NCBI GenBank assembly: GCA_041657665.1
Contig: JBBABN010000001.1
Location: 2,355-66,354, forward strand
Source: Minisyncoccota bacterium
GTDB lineage: Bacteria; Patescibacteriota; Minisyncoccia; Phycocordibacterales; Phycocordibacteraceae
Reading direction: 5' to 3'
DNA: 64,000 nt
Made by a program: the position numbers and the translations under genes. Each line of letters begins with the position of its first letter. The first letter of the stretch is position 1. This document shows positions 56,561-64,000 of the stretch, one piece after another. The notes under the pieces are model-generated. The model was not told the origin of the DNA, ran no database searches, and worked only from the letters and a program-made list of their open reading frames with translations.

Positions 56561-58723
56561 CTATAATTGTTGTACTGGTGTGTTTTGGTAAAAGATAGGA
56601 ACAAAAATGGGAGGATTACTAAAAAGATTTGGATAAGAGTTATACCAAGCAGAAATACCATATTCCCAATAAGCAAATTGAGGATCTTGAGAAGGATTTA
56701 CTGATGGAGGCCCTTTAGGATTACTTTTATTAGTCCAGTAGAGCAAGCTGTGCGGAACGATAGTTCCTTGTGCGTCTGGTACAATCCAATTCCCTTGTAA
56801 CATTGGCGGTACAGAAGACAGGATTGGACTTGGTTCGCCAAAATAGGTCTTTGGATACTTTGAGAGGGCATATGCCATAACATCGTGCCACATCGGCGCA
56901 GCGATAAATCCAGCGACAGATTTTACCATTGGAGTGTTGTCGTTATTGCCAGCCCATACTCCAATTGCGATAGATGGAGAATAGCCAACCACCCAAGCGT
57001 CTCGTGTGTCGTTGGTTGTACCAGTCTTAACTGCAACATCGTACCCTTTGAAGGATAGTGGAGAATCAAGTGCATATTCTGGGAGGCGTGCAGGAGCATC
57101 TGAAAGCATTCCTGATATATCATGGGCTATATTTGCAGGTAGTACTGTTGAAGATTGTGGGGTGAATTTTTCAAGTACATTTCCTTGGGCGTCATCTACT
57201 TCAAGAATACCTGTTGGTGTATTTTTAACGCCATCATTTCCAAAAGCAGCGTAGGCTCCCACCAGATCAAGAAGACGAACTTCACCACCTCCGAGCACAA
57301 GTGTGAGTCCATATTGACCCGCATCACCAAGGGTGGTGAGTCCAAATGATTTGGCTAAATTGACTGCATTTTGTATACCAACTAAATAAAGAGCTTTAAT
57401 AGCAGGAATGTTTATTGATTGTGCAAGTGCAGTTTCAAAGGTCATCGGGCCACGGAATTTTCCATCATAATCAGAAGGAGAATAACAAGGAGGAGTATTG
57501 TTTGTCGTATCAGAAGGTCTACATGCAGTAGAGAATTGTGTAGGAACATCAAAGACGACAGTATTGCGCGTATAACCATTTAAAAGTGCGAGAGAATAAA
57601 TAAATGGCTTCATGGCAGAACCTGGTTGTCGGAGAGCGAGGGTGGCATTATATTGGCCGTCGATAGTCGTATCAAAGAAGTCGCGTGAACCAACCATAGC
57701 GAGGATTTGGCCAGTAGGAGGATCAATAGCGATAAGTGCAGAATTTGATGCTTTAAAATTCTTTTGATTTTGTGGTGCGTAGGTATTTAAAATTGATTCC
57801 GCTTTTGCTTCGAGATCAGCGTCAAGGGTTGTGGTTACTTTAAGTCCAGATACAAGAGCTTTCGATCCGTACGTATTTTCAAGTTGATTTAATATGTAAA
57901 AGACAAAATGTGGTGCCAAAATAGAATTCTGGCCTGAAGAAGAGAAAGATACTTTTTCAGCTTTAGATGAAGTAAAAGTATTCTCATCTATAAAGCCGAG
58001 TGAGTACATTCGTTCAAGCACAACATTTTTACGCGTATCCAGTTCAGCACGATGAGCTCCATAAGGAGAATAGAAACTTGGTGCCTGAATCATTGCTGCG
58101 AGATAAGCTGATTCTGCAGGCGAGAGATCTTTTGCTGGAATACCGAAATAGGTTTCTGAAGCTGCTTCAATACCATAGAGAGTTCCTCCGTAGGGAATGT
58201 TGTTGAGATAGGTCTCGAGAATTTGATCTTTTGAATAGGACTCCTCAAGTTTCAAAGAAAGTGCCCACTCATTTATTTTTCGCACAACACTTTTCTGATT
58301 GGTAAGTAATGTGTTTTTTACTACCTGTTGAGTGATAGTAGAACCTCCTTGAGAAAAGGAACCACCAAATACATCAATAAGTACTGCACGAAGAATTGAA
58401 GTAAAACGAATACCACCATGTTCGTAAAAACTAGAATCCTCGATCGCTATCGTTGCTTGTATTGCATTGGGTGATATGGCAGTAAGCGGAATAATTTCTC
58501 GTTTTGCATCGCGGTTGTAATCATACAGAAGAACTTGGCCAGTCCGGTCGTAAATCTTCGTTGATTGATTTATTTGTCGAGCAGCAAATGACCCAATATC
58601 AGGCACAGGAGTTATCGTAACAGCAGCCAAAATACCGCCAGCAACAAAAAACCCTAAACCAAGGATGATCAGGATTACTATAAGAACCGTATGTTTCCAC
58701 GGAGCACTCTTTCGAGCATTCAT
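56561..58723 (-). CDS. Penicillin-binding protein 1A (bifunctional glycosyltransferase/transpeptidase)
   Basis: N-terminal TM, GT51 motifs (IAIEDSSFYEHGGI, ...GGSTITQQ...), transpeptidase SxxK (GSAMKPF), SxN and KTGT (VKTGTT). Confidence 0.9.
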   Translation of the reverse strand: MNARKSAPWKHTVLIVILIILGLGFFVAGGILAAVTITPVPDIGSFAARQINQSTKIYDRTGQVLLYDYNRDAKREIIPLTAISPNAIQATIAIEDSSFYEHGGIRFTSILRAVLIDVFGGSFSQGGSTITQQVVKNTLLTNQKSVVRKINEWALSLKLEESYSKDQILETYLNNIPYGGTLYGIEAASETYFGIPAKDLSPAESAYLAAMIQAPSFYSPYGAHRAELDTRKNVVLERMYSLGFIDENTFTSSKAEKVSFSSSGQNSILAPHFVFYILNQLENTYGSKALVSGLKVTTTLDADLEAKAESILNTYAPQNQKNFKASNSALIAIDPPTGQILAMVGSRDFFDTTIDGQYNATLALRQPGSAMKPFIYSLALLNGYTRNTVVFDVPTQFSTACRPSDTTNNTPPCYSPSDYDGKFRGPMTFETALAQSINIPAIKALYLVGIQNAVNLAKSFGLTTLGDAGQYGLTLVLGGGEVRLLDLVGAYAAFGNDGVKNTPTGILEVDDAQGNVLEKFTPQSSTVLPANIAHDISGMLSDAPARLPEYALDSPLSFKGYDVAVKTGTTNDTRDAWVVGYSPSIAIGVWAGNNDNTPMVKSVAGFIAAPMWHDVMAYALSKYPKTYFGEPSPILSSVPPMLQGNWIVPDAQGTIVPHSLLYWTNKSNPKGPPSVNPSQDPQFAYWEYGISAWYNSYPNLFSNPPIFVPIFYQNTPVQQL

Positions 58724-58913
58724 AGCTCGTATGCTACCACACGAATTTAGTGTGTGTAGGAATTAAAATTCTTCAACCTCCTCCTCTTCTTCAGTATTTT
58801 CATCCTCTAGAATCTCTACCTCTCCGTCTTCATCATCATTATTATCGTAATTCATATGGATATATGTAACAAATTTTTTTATCTATGCAAGTACTCCTAA
58901 AATAAGGTGTGGA

Positions 58914-59390
58914 TTAGTGGTGGTGGAACCCAATCGCGAGAGCTGTGATGCCAACTGCAATAGCATCTAATTCATCATCTAATCGTTTCTTTTCTGGAAG
59001 TGTAAGGAGTTGTGGAATCATATTCGCGATAGCTGATTTCTGTGCGCCACCGTATCCAGTAACAGCAATTTTTACCTGCTGAGGAGAGCATTCTATAACT
59101 GGTAGGGAAGCATTACCAGCCACTGCAAGAATAGCTCCTCTCGCTTCGGCGACACCAAGTGCTGTTTTTTTATTCACACTAAAAAATAGTGTTTCGATAG
59201 CGAGCATATCAGGTATATATTCTTTCACTGCTTTTGTGACTGCATTAGCAATATAAGCAAGACGTTGTTCTGTAGGCCCTTTTTCAGGAAGAATACAATC
59301 ACTCCAAAGTAGTGTTGGTCGTGAAGAATCGCCTTCAATAATAGCGATACCCATTCGGTCATATCCGGGGTCAATCGCTAGAATTCTCAT
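58914..59390 (-). CDS. ruvC: Holliday junction resolvase RuvC
   Basis: MRILAIDPGYDRMGIAI... is the RuvC N-terminal catalytic Asp motif. Start taken at ATG 59390; the longer ORF-track start overlaps yebC. Confidence 0.85.
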   Translation of the reverse strand: MRILAIDPGYDRMGIAIIEGDSSRPTLLWSDCILPEKGPTEQRLAYIANAVTKAVKEYIPDMLAIETLFFSVNKKTALGVAEARGAILAVAGNASLPVIECSPQQVKIAVTGYGGAQKSAIANMIPQLLTLPEKKRLDDELDAIAVGITALAIGFHHH

Positions 59391-59931
59391 AGCCACGTGC
59401 GTTCGTAAATATTTCTTGTACATCCTCATGTTCATCAAGTGCTTCAAGGATGACAGTAAGACGTTCTTCGTCATTCTCAGAAAGTTCGACTAAAGGTTCA
59501 TGTGGTGTGCAGGACCCTCCTGTCTTAGAAAATGCCCAACTCGCGGCGCCAGGAGCTGAGAGTTCCATTCCTTGGAGGGAGAAGAGGTGTTTTATTTCTT
59601 GTGTAGTACGGTTTTTATTATCAGTGAGTGCGTCGACAAGAATAGCAACACCGCCTGGACCGTATGCTTCGTACACTATTTGTTCTAGAGAACTAGAATC
59701 CTTCGAGGTACCTTTCGCGATTGCTCGTTCAATATTGTCCTTAGGCATATTCGCAGCTTTGGCGCGCGTAATAGCGACTGAAAGTCCAGGTGCCGAAAGA
59801 ACTCCGTTCGCTTTCTTCGATTCAAGAGTGATAAGGCGTGCGTAACGAGAAAATACACGACTTTTTGCTGTGTCGGTCACTGATTTTTGCCGTTTAATCT
59901 GAGACCATTTGCTGTGTCCGGACATGGTCAA
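59371..59931 (-). CDS. YebC/PmpR family DNA-binding regulatory protein
   Basis: MSGHSKWSQIKRQK... is the canonical YebC N-terminus. At 186 aa it is shorter than typical (~240 aa). Sits in the conserved yebC-ruvC-ruvAB neighbourhood. Confidence 0.8.
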   Translation of the reverse strand: MTMSGHSKWSQIKRQKSVTDTAKSRVFSRYARLITLESKKANGVLSAPGLSVAITRAKAANMPKDNIERAIAKGTSKDSSSLEQIVYEAYGPGGVAILVDALTDNKNRTTQEIKHLFSLQGMELSAPGAASWAFSKTGGSCTPHEPLVELSENDEERLTVILEALDEHEDVQEIFTNARGYENSSD

Positions 59932-60926
59932 AAAATAGCACTGAGTTTCTCGTCATTCAAATAAGCGCGGCCTTTGGGTGTAAGGATGCGGCCGCGCGCC
60001 GAGCGCTCGATGAAGCCGAGACGGAGTAGAAACGGCTCATAGACATTCTCAATAGTGTCTGATTCTTCATGAATAGCCGCTGCGAGCGCGCGGACTCCCG
60101 CCGGCCCGCCACGGAAACTTTCAAGAAGTGTTTCGAGATAGCGACGATCATCTTTGGTGAGGCCGAATGCATCAATGCCAAAAAGTTCACAGGCCTCATC
60201 ACAGAGTTTTCCAGAGAGAGATCGTTCGTGTACCTCGGAAAAATCACGAACACGCTTTAAAAGAGCATTCGCAACACGAGGTGTCGCTCGACTGCGGGCT
60301 GCTATCTGTTCAATAACATCTCCCGGTACTGAAAGTTCGAGCAAGTGAGCTGAACGTCGGATGATTTCGCGTAAATCATCATCATTATAAAAATCAAGCT
60401 GGTATACACCGCCGCCGAAGCGTGAACGCAATGGTCCCGAGAGGTCGGCGACGCGTGTGGTCGCTCCGACCAAAGTGAACGGAGGAAGAGCAAGCTCGAC
60501 CGTACGCGCCGAAGGACCTTTCCCGAGCACTATGTCGAGATGTCCCGACTCGAGAGCGGGGTAGAGGAGTTCTTCAATTTTCCGTGCGAGACGATGGATC
60601 TCGTCAATAAAGAGGACAGTGTTTGGTTCAAGGTTAGTCAGTATTGCCGCGAGGTCGCCCGCGCGTTCGATGGCAACGCCCGAAGTGCTTTTCAGAGGCG
60701 ATTCGAGCGTCGTAGCGACAAGATGAGCGAGGGTCGTCTTCCCGACGCCTGGCGGGCCATAGAAGAGGAAATGCTCAGGCATACCACCACGCTTTTTTGC
60801 CGCATCGATAGAAATTCGCACACTTGCTTTGACCTGTTTCTGGCCTACATACTCATCCCAGTGGCTGGGGCGGAGGACTGCGTCGAGCGAGGCAGTTGGC
60901 GGTGGCATTTTAACAGGACTTGACAT
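59928..60926 (-). CDS. ruvB: Holliday junction branch-migration ATPase RuvB
   Basis: Walker A GPPGVGKTTLA, Walker B LFIDEIHRL, sensor 2 and a C-terminal winged helix. Confidence 0.95.
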   Translation of the reverse strand: MSSPVKMPPPTASLDAVLRPSHWDEYVGQKQVKASVRISIDAAKKRGGMPEHFLFYGPPGVGKTTLAHLVATTLESPLKSTSGVAIERAGDLAAILTNLEPNTVLFIDEIHRLARKIEELLYPALESGHLDIVLGKGPSARTVELALPPFTLVGATTRVADLSGPLRSRFGGGVYQLDFYNDDDLREIIRRSAHLLELSVPGDVIEQIAARSRATPRVANALLKRVRDFSEVHERSLSGKLCDEACELFGIDAFGLTKDDRRYLETLLESFRGGPAGVRALAAAIHEESDTIENVYEPFLLRLGFIERSARGRILTPKGRAYLNDEKLSAIF

Positions 60927-60970
60927 AAAAATTATGCGATGCTAGCATTCTATCACAGTTTCTTTGATCC

Positions 60971-61113
60971 TATTCATAATCCTCTGGGCAAGGCTTGACG
61001 GCTTTTGGCGATTCCCCAAGGACTTTCTGGTTCGATACTTCGGTATTGACGCTGGGGAGCCCCTCAGGTGTCTCGTCTTCCCCGCCTTTTGGCGGGTTTT
61101 GCCCTGAGGATTA
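60971..61113 (+). ncRNA. Candidate structured RNA (or MITE-like element) bounded by a 15-bp inverted repeat, with internal hairpins including a UUCG tetraloop and a terminator-like 3' hairpin
   Basis: CATAATCCTCTGGGC (60973..60987) pairs 14/15 with GCCCTGAGGATTATG (61097..61111). Inside are GATAC-TTCG-GTATT, CCCCA..TGGGG and CCCCGCC-TTTT-GGCGGG followed by TTTTG. No ORF. Strand assignment is tentative. Confidence 0.45.
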
Positions 61114-61155
61114 TGGATGGGATGTAGATGTTCTTTTCACAATCAGGAGGTTCAA

Positions 61156-61332
61156 ATGAAAACGAGAATTAAATCTTTTTCCGGGGAAGGAAGATTTTTC
61201 GAGGAAACTGTAAATGAGTGGCTTGCAGAAGTCGGCGAGATTGAAATTATACATGTTGTTCAATCTTCTATTCCATACGAGAATGTCAGAGCGACAACAA
61301 TTCTGACATTCGTTTACCAGAAAGAAGAATAG
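61156..61332 (+). CDS. Hypothetical 58-aa protein
   Basis: Strong RBS CAGGAGG 6 nt before the ATG at 61156. Followed by the intrinsic terminator at 61352..61387. Confidence 0.45.
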   Translation: MKTRIKSFSGEGRFFEETVNEWLAEVGEIEIIHVVQSSIPYENVRATTILTFVYQKEE

Positions 61333-61351
61333 TCAGAACTCTCGCTCGACA

Positions 61352-61387
61352 GAAATCGCCCGATTCTGTCGGGCGATTTCTTTTTAT
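61352..61387 (+). terminator. Rho-independent terminator (GAAATCGCCCGA-TTCTG-TCGGGCGATTTC followed by a T-run)
   Basis: 12-bp stem followed by TTTTTATT. Confidence 0.8.
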
Positions 61388-61420
61388 TACTGACAAAGAA
61401 TCGCGTGATAATATGAGTTC

Positions 61421-61918
61421 ATGAAGGCTGATCAAAAGAATGTTGCGTATATAGACGGTGCGAATCTTCACAATGGAGTAAAAAATCTCTCGTGGCATTT
61501 TGATTACAAACGATTTCGTGTGTGGCTTCGTGAGAAATATGCGGTGGAGCAGGCGTATTTATTTATCGGAATGATGCCGAAATACAGTCAATTATATACA
61601 AAATTACAAGAACAGGGTTACACGCTCGTGTTTAAAGATATCATTTATGATGATAATGGAAAAGCAAAAGGGAATTGCGATGCAGATCTTGTGGTCGCTG
61701 CTATGCAAGATGCGTATGAGAATAAATTTGATACTGCTGTGCTCGTTTCGAGCGATGGTGATTATGCTCCGCTTGTAAAATTTCTTCTTGCGAAAGAAAA
61801 GATGCTGGCGGTTGTCTCGCCATACGAAACGTGTAAATGTTCGGTTTTATTGAAGCGAACAGGCGTAAAGATTTCTTATATCGCCGACCAAAGAACTATT
61901 TTGGAAGTCAGAAAATGA
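61421..61918 (+). CDS. NYN-domain (LabA/DUF88-like) predicted nuclease, second copy in the window
   Basis: VAYIDGANLHNGVKNL...DADLVVAAMQDAYENKFDTAVLVSSDGDYAPLV is the NYN acidic-residue pattern. It is a paralogue of 14689..15204. Confidence 0.7.
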   Translation: MKADQKNVAYIDGANLHNGVKNLSWHFDYKRFRVWLREKYAVEQAYLFIGMMPKYSQLYTKLQEQGYTLVFKDIIYDDNGKAKGNCDADLVVAAMQDAYENKFDTAVLVSSDGDYAPLVKFLLAKEKMLAVVSPYETCKCSVLLKRTGVKISYIADQRTILEVRK

Positions 61919-62021
61919 AAAGCCCCCAATGAGGACGAGCCTCATCAGGGTCTTTCCGTGAGAATAAGTTTACTATACGCGAGCGGTAAAACAAAGTCAA
62001 TCGATATCCACAGCAGCTTTA

Positions 62022-63692
62022 CTATCTCGGGAGATCAACGGTGTCGGCAACTTCGGAGAGGGAGGTGATACCAGAGAGTGCTTTTAGAATGCCGTCTTGC
62101 ACCATCGTGAGATAACCCTGTTTCGCGGTTAGTTTTGCAATTTCATTTTCGGGCGGATTATCGCGGAGGAATGTCGCGAGTTCATCATCCATAAAGATGG
62201 CTTCGTAGAGGCCGATACGACCTCGGTAACCAGTTTCTTTATCATTTTCAGGTGCCGGTTCCCAAACAGTCTCTATTTTTTCAGGAATGAGCGATTTATC
62301 AGAAAGCGGTTCGAACACTTTTGCGATCATCGCTTTTTCTTCGTCAGTGAGTGGTCGTTCTTTTTTCTTATCCGGATCGAGTTTGCGCAGGAGTCGTTGT
62401 GCCATCGAGACAGTTACGGCTGAACCAAACGACTTCGGGTCCGCGCCGAGGTCTGCGAGGCGCGGGAATGTTCCTGCGGCATTGTTGGTGTGGAGAGTAG
62501 AGAAGACGAAGTGGCCCGTGAGCGCTGCTTGTATAGCGATATTTGCGGTTTCACCATCACGTATTTCGCCGACCATAATGATGTCGGGGTCTTGGCGGAC
62601 GATTGATTTCAATCCTTCAGCGAATGTGTATTTCGTGCCCTCAACTTGCGTCTGCACAATGCCATCGAGATGGTACTCTACTGGATCTTCAATCGTAATA
62701 ATCTTTATTTCTGGTGTATGAATCTCGCGCAAGAATGAATAGAGAGTGGTTGTTTTACCACTACCAGTTGGACCAGTGGTGAGTAACATACCGTTCGGAC
62801 GCCGAATTTCGGTCTCGAGACGCGCGAGAAGTTTCGAGTGGATACCAAGCTCTTTATACGAGACCATCGTCGCTTCAGGATTAAGAATACGCATCACGAT
62901 GGATTCGCCATAGTTCCCAGGGATGAAGGAGACACGCATTTCTACCTCACTATCTTCGTGCGAGACGGTAAAACGCCCGTCTTGTGCCCGGTTTGTCACA
63001 TTCAGCTTTACTCCCGAGAGTAGTTTGATGCGGGAATTAACTTGATGATACGTTGTTGGATCGAAGAAATACGAATCAACGAGAATGCCATCAATACGAA
63101 GACGCATACGCGTTTTTTCTTCTCCTGGTTCGAAGTGAATATCGGAAGAACGAAGAGTGAATGCTCCAGCAAGGACGGTCTCGAGAATACGAGAAACACG
63201 ATCGAGCGATTTAATTGTGGTGGCAGCATTTAACGCTTCAGTAAGTGTGTTTTGTGTGCCACTCTCTTTCGAGAATGTGGCGAGTACTTCTGGTTCAATA
63301 ATAAATCCACCAGTCTTTGCTTCGGTAGAAAAGGAAAGGTCAGCGTAATGAGAAAATGCTTTTTCCAAACTTTTTTCTGAAACGAGAAATTCTTGTAGTG
63401 AGAATCCGCGTTCTGTAAGCTCGGCATGGAGTTTTATAAATGCAGGATTGTTTGGATTATGAATTGCAAGAGAAAGTTTCTTTGCAGTGCGTGCGAAAGC
63501 GGCTACTTCAGCAGCCCGCGCTTCTTCTTCTGGAATAGTGCGTAGCGCATCGTTATCTATCTCATTTAATGAGAGGTCAACATACGTCATTTGGTACTTG
63601 TCAGAGAGGATGTGTGCGACATCCTCTTCTTCTCGTTCACGTACCTCTGCTAACTTCTTTGTTTCTTGGTCAGTATCAAATGGTAGGTCCAT
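62022..63692 (-). CDS. Second GspE/PilB-family secretion/pilus ATPase
   Basis: Walker [15 protein letters not shown], Asp box, Walker [10 protein letters not shown], His box [12 protein letters not shown]. Start chosen at [10 protein letters not shown] (63692); the longer track ORF would overlap the divergent tsaE. Confidence 0.8.
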   Translation of the reverse strand: MDLPFDTDQETKKLAEVREREEEDVAHILSDKYQMTYVDLSLNEIDNDALRTIPEEEARAAEVAAFARTAKKLSLAIHNPNNPAFIKLHAELTERGFSLQEFLVSEKSLEKAFSHYADLSFSTEAKTGGFIIEPEVLATFSKESGTQNTLTEALNAATTIKSLDRVSRILETVLAGAFTLRSSDIHFEPGEEKTRMRLRIDGILVDSYFFDPTTYHQVNSRIKLLSGVKLNVTNRAQDGRFTVSHEDSEVEMRVSFIPGNYGESIVMRILNPEATMVSYKELGIHSKLLARLETEIRRPNGMLLTTGPTGSGKTTTLYSFLREIHTPEIKIITIEDPVEYHLDGIVQTQVEGTKYTFAEGLKSIVRQDPDIIMVGEIRDGETANIAIQAALTGHFVFSTLHTNNAAGTFPRLADLGADPKSFGSAVTVSMAQRLLRKLDPDKKKERPLTDEEKAMIAKVFEPLSDKSLIPEKIETVWEPAPENDKETGYRGRIGLYEAIFMDDELATFLRDNPPENEIAKLTAKQGYLTMVQDGILKALSGITSLSEVADTVDLPR

Positions 63693-63719
63693 AAGCGTAT
63701 AATACACCGAATGGAGGCA

Positions 63720-64000
63720 ATGGTTAAAACACTTGAAGAACTTGACGCGGAGGTGGAGCGATTTATTGGCGTACTTTCCTCGAAAGAGGGTGGTGCGACG
63801 CTTGTAACCCTCTCGGGAGACTTGGGAGCGGGCAAGACTGCCTTTACGAAGGCAGTTGCGAGAATTCTCGGGGTGGAAGAAACGGTAACCAGCCCCACCT
63901 TCGTCCTTGAGAAGATTTATCAACTTGGGGGTCCGGCCCCCAAGTTCAAACGGTTGGTACATATTGACGCATATCGGCTTGAGTCAGGGGATGATCTCGC
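63720..64000 (+). CDS. tsaE: tRNA threonylcarbamoyladenosine biosynthesis protein TsaE (YjeE), 3'-partial at the window edge
   Basis: ...[17 protein letters not shown]...[12 protein letters not shown]...HIDAYRL has the P-loop and the SPTF and H-D-YR motifs of TsaE. No stop before 64000. Confidence 0.8.
   Translation, partial: MVKTLEELDAEVERFIGVLSSKEGGATLVTLSGDLGAGKTAFTKAVARILGVEETVTSPTFVLEKIYQLGGPAPKFKRLVHIDAYRLESGDDL

Noticed and set aside
61925-61950. CUGAUGAGG on the minus strand downstream of the NYN gene
   Set aside because: It is one arm of a simple terminator hairpin (TGAGG-ACGAG-CCTCA). There is no GAAA or other hammerhead elements.
63693-63962. Long N-terminal extension of the second PilB-like ATPase ([14 protein letters not shown]...)
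   Set aside because: It would run antisense through the tsaE start. The conserved GspE N-domain begins near [10 protein letters not shown], so start 63692 is preferred.
1-64000. CRISPR arrays, rRNA genes, transposases or integrases (other than the XerC-like gene)
   Set aside because: No regularly spaced direct repeats with unique spacers, no rRNA-like conserved stretches and no DDE/transposase-like ORFs were seen. The xerC-like gene sits among housekeeping genes without flanking repeats, so it is more likely the chromosomal dimer resolvase than a phage integrase.

Overview
The window is a 64 kb, mostly housekeeping chromosomal segment from a small-genome bacterium (CPR/Patescibacteria-like by gene content; this is inference). 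Annotated genes include a MacAB-like efflux trio, a UvrD helicase interrupted by an in-frame TAA, an M23/LysM peptidase, comM, dksA-like, rpsO, xerC-like, xth, a CCA-adding enzyme, four tRNAs (Arg-TCG, Gly-GCC, Pro-TGG, Gly-TCC), yraN, rarA, hup, rny, clpP, ppa and nusA. Further along are a TrmB-like regulator followed by a type IV pilus operon (pilB, pilC, pilins), tpiA, pgk, a HIT protein, recJ, rnhA, a CYTH protein, a split comEC, rpmB, an M50 protease, a VirB4-centred T4SS-like cluster, the yidC-rnpA-rpmH / dnaA-dnaN origin region, PBP1A, ruvC-yebC-ruvB, a second PilB-like ATPase, and a partial tsaE at the 3' edge. The most unusual region is 28.3-30.2 kb, on the minus strand directly upstream of nusA. 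It is a tandem array of small unknown ORFs in which each ORF is preceded by a hammerhead-ribozyme motif in its 5' leader and ends in a conserved ~85-nt structured repeat (R element). One of the hammerheads is a textbook minimal type III hammerhead with every invariant core nucleotide and a GUC cleavage site. Other notable observations are a (CT)10 dinucleotide tract in the 5' end of a 1010-aa surface protein gene, an in-frame TAA in uvrD, a possibly split VirB4, a structured RNA candidate bounded by a 15-bp inverted repeat next to a small protein and NYN nuclease gene, and a dispersed short motif that also sits in-frame inside rarA.
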